From NCBI GenBank assembly GCA_017508195.1, contig JAFVZL010000044.1:4991-68990 (forward strand): a stretch of 64,000 nucleotides of DNA, in the 5' to 3' direction. This document shows, one piece after another, positions 1 to 9,082 of this stretch. A model generated the notes under the pieces. That model saw nothing but the letters and a program-made list of their open reading frames with translations, made no database searches and was not told the origin of the DNA. The translations under genes and the position numbers were made by a program. The stretch is from Clostridia bacterium (lineage in GTDB: Bacteria; Bacillota; Clostridia; Oscillospirales; CAG-272). The first letter of the stretch is position 1. Every line of letters begins with the position of its first letter.

Positions 1-1
1 G

Positions 2-952
2 GCAAAGCAGTTCCCCGAAAAATTTGCAATGTTCTCCGCCCCCATTATTTACGCGCTGACCTTCATTCTCTGGCCTGTAAGCATTATCTTCCGCGGTCTT
101 CAGAAGCTTCTCTCGAAGTTATTCAAGAACGAGGACGATAAGGGTATGACCGAGGAGGAGCTTATCTCTATAATCGAGGAAGCCGAGGAGGACGGCGGTA
201 TCAACGAGGATGAGGGCTCGCTCATCAAGAGCGCCATCGAGTTCAACGAGCTCGAGGTCAGCGAGATATTCACTCCCCGTATCGATATCACGGCAGTTCC
301 CTCTACCGTTACCAAGGAGGAGCTCGCCGAAGTGTTCTCGGAGTCAGGCTTCTCGCGTATTCCTATTTACGAGGGTGACCTCGACAATATTACCGGTATT
401 GTTTATTACAAGGATTTCTTTACCCTTGCTTATAATACCGAGCTTGAAATATCCTCGATCGTCAAGCCCGTTATGTACGTTACCAAAACTCAGAAGATCT
501 CCGATCTTTTACGCGATCTTCAGGAAAAGAAGCACCATCTCGCAGTCGTCTCCGATGAGTACGGCTCCACTGCGGGTCTCGTAACGCTCGAGGATATAAT
601 CGAGGAGATCGTCGGTGAGATCTGGGATGAGCACGATGAGGTCGTGCTCGATATAGAAAAGATCTCCGAAAATGAGTACATAGTATCGGGTAAGGCAAGC
701 ATCGAAAAGCTCTACGACGAGTTCGATATCGACCCCGAGACCGAGGGCGACGAGACCGATGCTATGACCGTTACGGGTTGGGCTATGGACGTTCTCGGCA
801 AGGTTCCCGACGAGGGAGACAGCTTCGAGACTCTCGGTCTGTCCGTCAAGGTCCTCAAAATGGAGGGCAGACGTATCGAGAAGCTCCACATTGTTGACAA
901 TCGCGAGAGCGATAGTGATGCTGCTACCGAGGAAAAGCCCGAGGATAATTAA
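2..952 (+). CDS. Hemolysin/CNNM (HlyC/CorC) family transporter with CBS pair and CorC domain, 5'-partial
   Basis: Frame is open from the window edge; motifs TEEEL, FSRIPIY, VSDEYGSTAGLVTLEDIIEEIVGEIWDEHD. Confidence 0.9.
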   Translation, partial: AKQFPEKFAMFSAPIIYALTFILWPVSIIFRGLQKLLSKLFKNEDDKGMTEEELISIIEEAEEDGGINEDEGSLIKSAIEFNELEVSEIFTPRIDITAVPSTVTKEELAEVFSESGFSRIPIYEGDLDNITGIVYYKDFFTLAYNTELEISSIVKPVMYVTKTQKISDLLRDLQEKKHHLAVVSDEYGSTAGLVTLEDIIEEIVGEIWDEHDEVVLDIEKISENEYIVSGKASIEKLYDEFDIDPETEGDETDAMTVTGWAMDVLGKVPDEGDSFETLGLSVKVLKMEGRRIEKLHIVDNRESDSDAATEEKPEDN

Positions 953-967
953 ACGGATCAATAAAAA

Positions 968-1004
968 CAAGGACTGTCAAAGGATACTTTGGCAGCCCTT
1001 TTTC
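968..1004 (+). terminator. Probable intrinsic terminator
   Basis: Imperfect stem GGACTGTCAAAG/CTTTGGCAGCCC followed by a T-run. Confidence 0.55.
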
Positions 1005-1065
1005 TATGGGAGCGAGTCCGGCGAGGCCATATGCCGACTCCCTCTTAACGAAAGAAAGGATATAT

Positions 1066-1794
1066 ATGAACACTGTACTGCTGTGTGCCCTCGGAGTAGG
1101 CGGAGCAACGGTAATAGGATCGCTGATCGGCTTCCTTTTCCGCACTGCGCTCGAGCGGCACACGGGTAAAATTTTATCTCTTGCGGCAGGTATAATGCTA
1201 TGTGCCGCAGTCACTAATCTTATCGCACCGTCGGTCGAGGGGGCGGATGCCATCGGCATAACTCTCGCGGCGCTCGGAATATTTGTCGGTGCTGTCACGC
1301 TCTACTGCTCCGAGCGAGTACTGCCTTCCGTATCCTACACCGAAGGAAATACAAGGTCGGCAATACTCTTTGCCATAGCAATGGCGATACACAACCTACC
1401 GGAGGGCATGGCGGCAGGACTCGGCTTCGGTACGGGTGACATCTCGGATGCCATTGCCGTGGCAGTCGGTATCGCCTTGCACAACATACCCGAGGGGATG
1501 ATTGCGATATTCCCGATGCTATCGGCAGGTATCAAGCCGCTGCGTGCATTTCTCTTTGCGCTCTCGGGAGGTGTCGCAGAGGTGATCGGAACCTTTCTCG
1601 GACACTTCTCAGCAGGTCTTGCAAAGCCGATACTTCCGTTTGCACTCGCCTTTGCAGGCGGGACGATGCTCTACGTCGTATTTGCCGAGATGGTACCCGA
1701 CAGTCAGCCCAGCGGAAGGAGGCGTGTCGCATTTCTCGTCATTTTCGGCTATCTTCTCATGCTTTCCGCTAACGCGCTAATATCCTCGCCTTAA
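1066..1794 (+). CDS. ZIP (ZupT/GufA) family metal transporter
   Basis: Paired HNLPEG and HNIPEG motifs, multiple TM helices; ATG 1066 follows GAAAGGA. Confidence 0.9.
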   Translation: MNTVLLCALGVGGATVIGSLIGFLFRTALERHTGKILSLAAGIMLCAAVTNLIAPSVEGADAIGITLAALGIFVGAVTLYCSERVLPSVSYTEGNTRSAILFAIAMAIHNLPEGMAAGLGFGTGDISDAIAVAVGIALHNIPEGMIAIFPMLSAGIKPLRAFLFALSGGVAEVIGTFLGHFSAGLAKPILPFALAFAGGTMLYVVFAEMVPDSQPSGRRRVAFLVIFGYLLMLSANALISSP

Positions 1795-1796
1795 GC

Positions 1797-3317
1797 TTAT
1801 TTAAGTACTGTCTTACCTCTTTTTCCGACTACCCTGCCCAAAAGATGAAAGAGCGGTATTTGTACCGCGAAATGGGCGCATACCGCAAATACGATCTTTA
1901 AGAAAAGAGCGAACGGAACGAGATGAAGCGTATCGGCAAAAAGACGCTCAACAAGAAGAGATGCAAGAGCGGCGGATACGAGCGAAACGAAAATTACACG
2001 AGGATACCCTACACTCAGCCTTATACGCTTTCTAAGCCTTATATAAGATAAAAGGAAGTTAAAAAGCTCCATCACGATAATGACTACGGCATAGCCCTCT
2101 ATGCCAAGGATGGGAATCAGGATAAAGACGAGCAGGACCGAAAGAGCCGAGTCAATGATATTGACCCACATCGAGTAGACCTGCTCGCCGATGCCCTTCA
2201 GCATGGAATCCACCACATGGTCGATATACATTATCGGCACTATCGGTGCCAGCATTGCAATAAAGCTTCCTGCACGGTATGAACCGTATATTATATAACC
2301 AAGATCCTCGGAGAAAAGAAACAGGATCACGGCTGATAGAATAGCATAGCTCAGAGTCTTGGATATAGCCTCGGATGCTATTCTGGACATTCTTTCCTTG
2401 TCCCCGCGAGCCTCGGATTCAGCAAACTCGGGTAGCAAGAGCCCCGCGAACGAGGAAAGAGGTGCCATAGGGTAGGTTACCATAGGCAGTGCCATGCCGT
2501 GCATCTCGCCAAAAGATGAAAGCGCCTCTGACATCGGCACACCGCGCTCCTCGAGCCGCTTAGGTATAAGATTATGCTCAACGGATAAAAGACCCGAGCG
2601 TATGTACGCCGATGCGGCAAGGGGCAGCGCCATTTCGAAGACGGGCGCGATATCCGTTCCGCTTCTGTTTTTACCCGCTCCTCTCCTCTCTACCATAAAT
2701 AAGATAAGCGCAAGAAGAAACGTAACAAGCTCGCTTAAGGATATTCCTATACAAAGTCCTCTTACCGCTGCCTCCACCCCTTCTGTTGCGCTGCTTAAAA
2801 GAATGAGCACGGTTACGACTATGCGAAACGCTTGTGCCGCAATACCTATTACCGAATTTCTTATTATTCTCCTGCGTGCGACGAAATATCCCGATATTAC
2901 ACCGACGAGTGCCGAGGGGATAAGCGAAAGAGAGAGTATCTGTAACGGCATTACCGCCCTCACGTCGCCTATACAGACTGTGGCAAAGAAGCCCGAAAGC
3001 CCTGCTAAGACAAGCGTCGCAACAAGGGAAAAGCCGATAGCATAGGCGGTCGCACCGCGCAGAGTTCTTCCGATGTCGGTCTCGCTACCCTCGCCGATAT
3101 GTCTTGCGACCAGACGCGTTACGGTAAGATTTATTCCGGAGGTGGCAAAGGTAAGTGCAAAGCCGTACACGCTCATTATCAGCGTGTTAAGTCCGACCCC
3201 CTCCGCCCCGACCTTGTGTGATATGTATGCTCCAAAAGCAAGAGCTACCGTGCGAAGCGCTACGCCAACGGCGCTCATAAGAATACCGTTAAAGTAAAAT
3301 CTTTTTCTTTTATTCAT
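1797..3317 (-). CDS. MOP-superfamily flippase, SpoVB-like
   Basis: About 14 hydrophobic segments; VGAEGVGL, ATSGI, GMALP and LKGIG motifs typical of SpoVB. Confidence 0.75.
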   Translation of the reverse strand: MNKRKRFYFNGILMSAVGVALRTVALAFGAYISHKVGAEGVGLNTLIMSVYGFALTFATSGINLTVTRLVARHIGEGSETDIGRTLRGATAYAIGFSLVATLVLAGLSGFFATVCIGDVRAVMPLQILSLSLIPSALVGVISGYFVARRRIIRNSVIGIAAQAFRIVVTVLILLSSATEGVEAAVRGLCIGISLSELVTFLLALILFMVERRGAGKNRSGTDIAPVFEMALPLAASAYIRSGLLSVEHNLIPKRLEERGVPMSEALSSFGEMHGMALPMVTYPMAPLSSFAGLLLPEFAESEARGDKERMSRIASEAISKTLSYAILSAVILFLFSEDLGYIIYGSYRAGSFIAMLAPIVPIMYIDHVVDSMLKGIGEQVYSMWVNIIDSALSVLLVFILIPILGIEGYAVVIIVMELFNFLLSYIRLRKRIRLSVGYPRVIFVSLVSAALASLLVERLFADTLHLVPFALFLKIVFAVCAHFAVQIPLFHLLGRVVGKRGKTVLK

Positions 3318-3408
3318 GCCCTTCTCCTTGACACGCGTGTTTTACTTTACGTGCGTGCGATATAATTAAGAATATGAAGAAGAACTCGGATATATTTTAC
3401 TGCTAAAG

Positions 3409-3439
3409 AAAAAGCGACCCCGGAAAAACCGGGGTCGCG
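3409..3439 (-). terminator. Intrinsic terminator of the LRR gene
   Basis: Perfect stem GCGACCCCGG/CCGGGGTCGC with an A-run on the plus strand (U-tail on minus). Confidence 0.8.
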
Positions 3440-3471
3440 ATGTTATTATTCACTATTCTACAAAAGATATA

Positions 3472-4995
3472 TCACTCAGCGGGTACTGCATCGGGATCCG
3501 CAGGGCGCGAAGCGCTATATATTACCTTCGCATTGTGCTCGACGATCAGAGCGGTATTCGTAGCAGTTCCGTTCTCCACGAGGTTAAGCTTGAAACTATC
3601 TTGCCACTGGAGGTTTTTGTATCCGATCTCGCAAAGGAATTCAAAGGAATCACCTGCGACCGTTCCGTACGCTATCGTACTACCCATAGTAATAAGCTCA
3701 TAGGGGATAAAGAGCGATGCAAGGAGGCTGCATCCCCAGAATGCTCCTGTACCGAGCTTAAGACAGGTGTCGGGAAGATAAACGTAGGTAAGGCTTGAGC
3801 ATCCGCGGCACGCATAGGATGCGATATCGGTAACACCTTCAGCAAAGTACACCTTCTGAAGTGCGGTGCAATTCTCGAGAACGAATGACTCGATCTTTAC
3901 GGTTTCACCCTTGAATTCACGGTTGAGCTGCTTTCTACCCTTATCGGTGAGAAGGTAATTACCATCCGCGTCAAGCATCCAATAGCTCTTATCCACGACA
4001 AAGCCAAAATCAAACTTCGTAAGATTCTTACACTCCGCGAAGCAATAGCTCTCGAGATAAGTCACGCTTGCAGGAACAGTAAACTCGGTAAAGCCGGTAT
4101 TACGGAATGCAGCAACGCCGAGCGTCTTTACGGTCTCGGGAAGGGTGACGGAGATAAGAGAGGTGCAGCCGTCGAAGGTATTATTTTCAAGCTTCTCGAC
4201 GGGAGAATAGATCTCAGCGCTTGCAAGATTTCTGCATCCCGAAAAGACTCCGTAGCCGAGACTCGTAACAGTCTCGGGAACAACAATGCTTGTAAGAGCA
4301 CTGCATCCATTGTATGCACCGGGTGCGATAGCGGTGATGCTCTCGGAAATAACGCCGTCACCGAAGCCGCGAACAAGAGTCGCGCCATCCTTAAGATAGC
4401 TGTTCTCGATCGTGTATCTCGCATTACCCTGCTCGACTGTGATTGAAGAAAGAGCGCTGCACTCAAGGAATGCGTTATCCTCTATAACAGCAAGCGATGC
4501 GGGAAGGTTGATAGATGAAACAGTCGATCCGTAGAATGCCATGTTGCAGATACGGAGAAGAGTCTTGGGAAGAGTTATCGACTCAATGTTAACATCCCAG
4601 AACGCACGGGGTGCGATGTCTACGACAGGAAGACCTTCGTAGGTATATGGTATGTAGATCGTTTTGGAGAGTGCGTCACCTTCTTCAAGATAGTGAGTGT
4701 TATATCCGATAACTCTGTATGCATCGCGAGTATCGTTCATCATAAACACAAGACCGGGTGTCGCGGGAGTGGTGTCGGGCTCATCTACCGTGGGGATATC
4801 AAGACCGAGCGTCGAGATGTCAGCAGAGGTGCTCTCAAAGGAGTATTCCGCATTTCCCTCAACCTTACCCGCCTTGGATGCACCGAGCACGATGTCTACT
4901 CCGTCCTTAGCATCAAGGATGCTGCATGATGCAACCGAAAGAACGGTAGCAATAAGAAGCACAAGAGCGGTAGCAGTAACTAAAATCTTTCTCAT
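3472..4995 (-). CDS. BspA-like leucine-rich-repeat (LRR_5) surface lipoprotein
   Basis: Signal peptide ending in lipobox VASC; repeated LxxIxxxAFxxCxxLxxI units; start reassigned to ATG 4995. Confidence 0.85.
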   Translation of the reverse strand: MRKILVTATALVLLIATVLSVASCSILDAKDGVDIVLGASKAGKVEGNAEYSFESTSADISTLGLDIPTVDEPDTTPATPGLVFMMNDTRDAYRVIGYNTHYLEEGDALSKTIYIPYTYEGLPVVDIAPRAFWDVNIESITLPKTLLRICNMAFYGSTVSSINLPASLAVIEDNAFLECSALSSITVEQGNARYTIENSYLKDGATLVRGFGDGVISESITAIAPGAYNGCSALTSIVVPETVTSLGYGVFSGCRNLASAEIYSPVEKLENNTFDGCTSLISVTLPETVKTLGVAAFRNTGFTEFTVPASVTYLESYCFAECKNLTKFDFGFVVDKSYWMLDADGNYLLTDKGRKQLNREFKGETVKIESFVLENCTALQKVYFAEGVTDIASYACRGCSSLTYVYLPDTCLKLGTGAFWGCSLLASLFIPYELITMGSTIAYGTVAGDSFEFLCEIGYKNLQWQDSFKLNLVENGTATNTALIVEHNAKVIYSASRPADPDAVPAE

Positions 4996-5210
4996 AAATT
5001 TCTTACCTTTCTGCATTTGGTAATATGAATACGCTCGCGCGTTATATACTATTACATTTAATAGTATACCATCACGGTCAAAATATGTCAAGGATAATTC
5101 ACAATTATTTTACACACGCGTAGGTAAAAATGCGTGCAATATTTTTAGTAATTTTGCACAAACGCGCACAAAAATACAATCGCGCGCAACGCTGCGCCTG
5201 TGTAAAATAA

Positions 5211-5244
5211 AAAAGTATTCCGGCATAATCGTATGCCGGAATAC
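5211..5244 (-). terminator. Intrinsic terminator of rpsB-tsf
   Basis: 13-bp stem GTATTCCGGCATA/TATGCCGGAATAC with an A-run on the plus strand. Confidence 0.85.
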
Positions 5245-5270
5245 CTCATATTGTGAGCTTGATGCGGGAA

Positions 5271-6191
5271 TTAGCCCTGAACCATCTTAGCAACCTCTGC
5301 TGCAAGATCGTCCTCTCTCTTCTCTATGCCCTCGCCCTTGTCGAAGCGAACGAAGCCGACAACCTTAATAGATCCGCCAAGCTCCTTAGCTACGCCTGCG
5401 ACATACTTAGCAACGGTAAGAGAATCGTCCTTAACGTAAGCCTGCTCAAGAAGGCAGTTGTTCTCATAGAACTTACCAAGCTTACCCTCAACGATCTTTG
5501 CAAGAACCTGCTCGGGCTTGTTAGCCATCTTGGGATCCTGCTGCATCTGCTTAATGAGAATGTTCTTCTCCTCAGCAAGAACAGATGCGGGAACGGACTC
5601 CTTGTCAAGGTATGCAACAGACATAGCCGCTACCTGCAGAGCAACGTTCTTTGCGCACTCAGCGAAGCCGTCCTTATCAGCAAGGTCGGTGTCGAAGTTA
5701 ACGATAACACCGGTGTTGCCAAGACCGTGAATGTAGGTGGATACAACGCCCTCAACGATAACGAAGCGGCGGATAGAAAGCTTCTCACCGATCTTGTAGG
5801 TGTGCTCGGTAAGAGCCTCGGAAACAGTACCCTCACCGTCAGCTACCTTGCATGCAAGGAGAGCCTCAACGTCAGCGGGCTTGTTTGCGATAATAGTCTT
5901 AAGAACATTCTTTACAAACTCCTGGAAGATCGCGTTCTTCGCAACGAAGTCGGTCTCGGAGTTAACCTCTACCATAGCGGTTACTTTGTCTATGGTCATG
6001 ACATCTACAAGGCCCTCTGCTGCAATTCTGTCAGCCTTCTTTGCGGTTGCAGCCATACCCTTCTCACGAAGAATCTTAACTGCCGCATCGAAATCGCCAT
6101 TTGCATCCTTAAGAGCATTCTTGCAGTCCATCATACCGCAGCCGGTCTGCTTTCTGAGCTCGGCAACGGCCTTTGCACTAATCTCTGCCAT
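5271..6191 (-). CDS. tsf: Elongation factor Ts
   Basis: LRKQTGCGMMDCKNAL and EVNSETDFVA motifs; lies downstream of rpsB. Confidence 0.98.
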   Translation of the reverse strand: MAEISAKAVAELRKQTGCGMMDCKNALKDANGDFDAAVKILREKGMAATAKKADRIAAEGLVDVMTIDKVTAMVEVNSETDFVAKNAIFQEFVKNVLKTIIANKPADVEALLACKVADGEGTVSEALTEHTYKIGEKLSIRRFVIVEGVVSTYIHGLGNTGVIVNFDTDLADKDGFAECAKNVALQVAAMSVAYLDKESVPASVLAEEKNILIKQMQQDPKMANKPEQVLAKIVEGKLGKFYENNCLLEQAYVKDDSLTVAKYVAGVAKELGGSIKVVGFVRFDKGEGIEKREDDLAAEVAKMVQG

Positions 6192-6223
6192 TTTCTATTT
6201 CTCCTTAAATTTTTATCGGGGAA

Positions 6224-6964
6224 TTACTCGGATACGGTCTCGGTCTCAGCCTCAACTGCCGTCTCCTCGGTAGCCTCGTCAGCACCGCCGCGAGCAGCAA
6301 TAACAGCGTCAGCAAGAGCGCCTGCAATAAGCTTGATAGCGCGGATAGCGTCATCATTACCGGGGATAATGTAGTCAGCGTCATCGGGATCGCAGTTGGT
6401 ATCAACGATAGCAACAACGGGAATACCAAGCTTCTTAGCCTCAAGAACTGCGTTTCTCTCCTTACGGGTGTCTACGATGAATACGCAAGAGGGAAGACGG
6501 TCCATCTCCTTGATACCGCCGTAGGACTTCTCGAGATCCTCCATCTCCTTAAGCTTCTTAGCAACTTCCTTCTTGGGAAGAAGATCGAAGGTGCCGTCTG
6601 CCTGCATCTTCTCAAGGTCCTTAAGACGCTTGATGGATCTGCGGATGGTCTGGAAATTGGTAAGCATACCGCCGGGCCAACGTGCGTTGGTGTAGTACAT
6701 ACCGCATCTGCCTGCCTCTTCCTTTACGGTCTCGGCTGCCTGCTTCTTAGTACCGATGAAGAGGATGGTGCCACCCTCCTGAGCAAGCTCAGCAACAAAG
6801 TTGTAAGCCTCCTCGAACTTCTTAACGGTCTTCTGAAGGTCTACGATGTGAATACCGTTTCTCTGGGTGAAGATGTACTCTGCCATCTTGGGGTTCCACT
6901 TCTTGGTCGGGTGACCGAAGTGAACGCCTGCTTCAAGCAACTGCTTGATTGTGATTTCGAACAT
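6224..6964 (-). CDS. rpsB: 30S ribosomal protein S2
   Basis: [25 protein letters not shown]; ATG 6964 after GGAGG. Confidence 0.98.
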   Translation of the reverse strand: MFEITIKQLLEAGVHFGHPTKKWNPKMAEYIFTQRNGIHIVDLQKTVKKFEEAYNFVAELAQEGGTILFIGTKKQAAETVKEEAGRCGMYYTNARWPGGMLTNFQTIRRSIKRLKDLEKMQADGTFDLLPKKEVAKKLKEMEDLEKSYGGIKEMDRLPSCVFIVDTRKERNAVLEAKKLGIPVVAIVDTNCDPDDADYIIPGNDDAIRAIKLIAGALADAVIAARGGADEATEETAVEAETETVSE

Positions 6965-7075
6965 TTTATGTTCCTCCTTGGTTTTTCCACCACGGCGACA
7001 CTGTGGCACGACTCGATATTACGAGCACCGGTGCCACACACACTCGCCGTGTGTGTATTTAGTCGCGTTAACGCG
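6965..7075 (-). promoter_or_regulatory. rpsB (S2) structured leader, likely autoregulatory
   Basis: Minus strand AATACACACACGGCGA...TCGCCGTGG long-range pairing with an inner GTGGCAC/GTGCCAC stem, ending before the RBS; resembles Firmicute rpsB leaders. Confidence 0.6.
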
Positions 7076-7083
7076 CGTTAAAT

Positions 7084-7112
7084 ATAATATCACAACGTGC
7101 GCACTATGTCAA
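7084..7112 (-). promoter_or_regulatory. Sigma-A promoter of rpsB-tsf
   Basis: TTGACA-17-TATTAT with TG extension. Confidence 0.7.
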
Positions 7113-7287
7113 TAGGTAATATGCATCAAACTCCAACTGTTTACATTTTGTTAACAAACTTCCATGCCGATTTCAATTTTCAGCCTTGATTTTTTCAATT
7201 TTCCATTGATTTAGCTTTTGTTTTATGCTACAATGATTTCGACTTTCGATTGTCGCTGACATCGATAACATAAAAAAGGACTGACTC

Positions 7288-8190
7288 ATGCTGAAAATAA
7301 AAAACCTTAAGCCGTCGGGCTTTGCACTGGCATTTTCCGTCGCGTTTCTCTTGCAGTACGGCATTGAGCACGCGGCCTATCTCTTACGCGATGCAGTCAT
7401 GTCGGGTGCGATCGATATGACTGCCCCCGCCCTCAATGCTGTATCAAAAATAGCGAGCTATGCCGTCACCTCGCTTGAGGTGCTGATACTTGCCGCGGCT
7501 GCTTTCGTAGCTTTCACCTCGTTTGTTGACTGCGGAGCGCGCGTCGCGCTTATGACAGGCGGTATTATCACGCTCTGCCGTCTTTGCTACCTTATACCGC
7601 ACTACTATATGACGCTATTCTCGATGGGCTTCGACACGGGAGAGGCTCTTCTGTATCTCGTACCGCTTACCGTCTTCCTTATGGCGATATATTTCGGTGA
7701 GATAGCTCTTGCGGTTCTGTTCGCCATGCTCCCGAGTGCAAAGCGTTCAAGGCTTGAAACGGGTGACACGCGCTCGCTTATCACAGCATCCTACCGCGAT
7801 CGGGACATCCTCGATATCGGTAAGCCGATCACGGCATCCTGCGCTCTTATTGCTCTCACCTCGGTAGCCGTGCCCTTTATCAGCTCACTCACCGATGCGA
7901 TAATGCTCCTCGTCGACCGCGGTCCTGCGTTCGGCTTGAACGATGCGTTCGCTATTATATTCGATTTCGTATTCCTACTTATACTCTTCGTGCTTGCACA
8001 TCTTCTCTGCTTTGCGGTTAAAAAGCTGCTGATCGGGCGCGACGCACAAGACAACACAGATAATGAGGAGTGCTGTAGCGTATCCGAGGGAGAGGCAGCG
8101 AAAGCGGATGAGGCCGTAGGCGAGTCACCCGATGGTAACATACAAGCGTCGGGAATAATCAACGATGAAAACAACTCTAAGGAGGACTGA
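7288..8190 (+). CDS. Hypothetical multi-pass membrane protein
   Basis: About 6 hydrophobic segments and an acidic tail; 3 bp from the next gene. Confidence 0.7.
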   Translation: MLKIKNLKPSGFALAFSVAFLLQYGIEHAAYLLRDAVMSGAIDMTAPALNAVSKIASYAVTSLEVLILAAAAFVAFTSFVDCGARVALMTGGIITLCRLCYLIPHYYMTLFSMGFDTGEALLYLVPLTVFLMAIYFGEIALAVLFAMLPSAKRSRLETGDTRSLITASYRDRDILDIGKPITASCALIALTSVAVPFISSLTDAIMLLVDRGPAFGLNDAFAIIFDFVFLLILFVLAHLLCFAVKKLLIGRDAQDNTDNEECCSVSEGEAAKADEAVGESPDGNIQASGIINDENNSKED

Positions 8191-8193
8191 ATA

Positions 8194-8988
8194 ATGAAGG
8201 ATATACAGCTTTGGCAGACAACGCCACTCTTGAACGATGGAGATTCGGCTCCGTCAATGACCTATTACCCCGCGAAGGGCGAGTCGGATGCGGCAATAGT
8301 GATCTATGCCGGCGGCGGCTATAACCACAGAGCCCACCACGAGGGTGAGGGCTACGCCGAATACTTCTCCGAGGCAGGCTTCCACTGCTTCGTAACTCAC
8401 TACCGTATAAACCCCTACGTATTCCCCGTTGAGCTGCTCGATGCACGCCGTGCGGTAAGGTACGTTCGTTATCACGCTGATGAGTTTGGTATAGACCCGT
8501 GTAAGATTGCAGTCATGGGATCCAGCGCAGGCGGACATCTCGCGGCACTCGTTTCGACCTACCGCGACGCTATCGAGGGTGAAGGTGCGGATGAAATCGA
8601 CAATGTTGATCCAACTCCCAACGCACAGGTGCTTTGCTACCCCGTTCTCGACCCTCAGGGACACCTCGGCTCCTACGTCTCGCTTCTTGGCAACCCCGCT
8701 TTCAAAGCAAGCTGGCGCTCGGTCACTCCCGCTCTGATCGCAGACGAGAAGACACCCATCTGCTTCATGTGGCACTGCGAGGGTGACAAAGTCGTAGATG
8801 CGGCAAACACGCTCAGATACGCGACAAGGCTTCTCGAGCTGGGCATTTCCCAGGAAACTCACATTTATCCGTTCGGCAGACACGGCGTCGGTCTTGTCAC
8901 CGAGGAGAGATTTATCGGTGAGGAGTATATGAGATCATGGGCACCGATGTGCGTTAATTGGTTTAAGCTTCACGGCTTCATAAAGTAA
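8194..8988 (+). CDS. Alpha/beta hydrolase (esterase)
   Basis: YAGGGY oxyanion motif, GSSAGG nucleophile, D..V and HG catalytic motifs. Confidence 0.9.
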   Translation: MKDIQLWQTTPLLNDGDSAPSMTYYPAKGESDAAIVIYAGGGYNHRAHHEGEGYAEYFSEAGFHCFVTHYRINPYVFPVELLDARRAVRYVRYHADEFGIDPCKIAVMGSSAGGHLAALVSTYRDAIEGEGADEIDNVDPTPNAQVLCYPVLDPQGHLGSYVSLLGNPAFKASWRSVTPALIADEKTPICFMWHCEGDKVVDAANTLRYATRLLELGISQETHIYPFGRHGVGLVTEERFIGEEYMRSWAPMCVNWFKLHGFIK

Positions 8989-8994
8989 TACACG

Positions 8995-9080
8995 AAAAGC
9001 CCGTCTCTCCATTCGGAAAGCACGGGCTTTTCTCTAAAAAACGGCGCAACCGATACGGCTGCGCCACTTTTCTTTTTGTT
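8995..9080. terminator. Two hairpins between convergent genes
   Basis: AAAGCCCGT...ACGGGCTTT and GGCGCAACCG...CGGCTGCGCC, each with flanking A/T runs. Confidence 0.6.
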
Positions 9081-9082
9081 TA

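Noticed and set aside
5253-6374. 373-aa plus-strand ORF
   Set aside because: Antisense shadow of tsf/rpsB; no RBS or recognisable motifs
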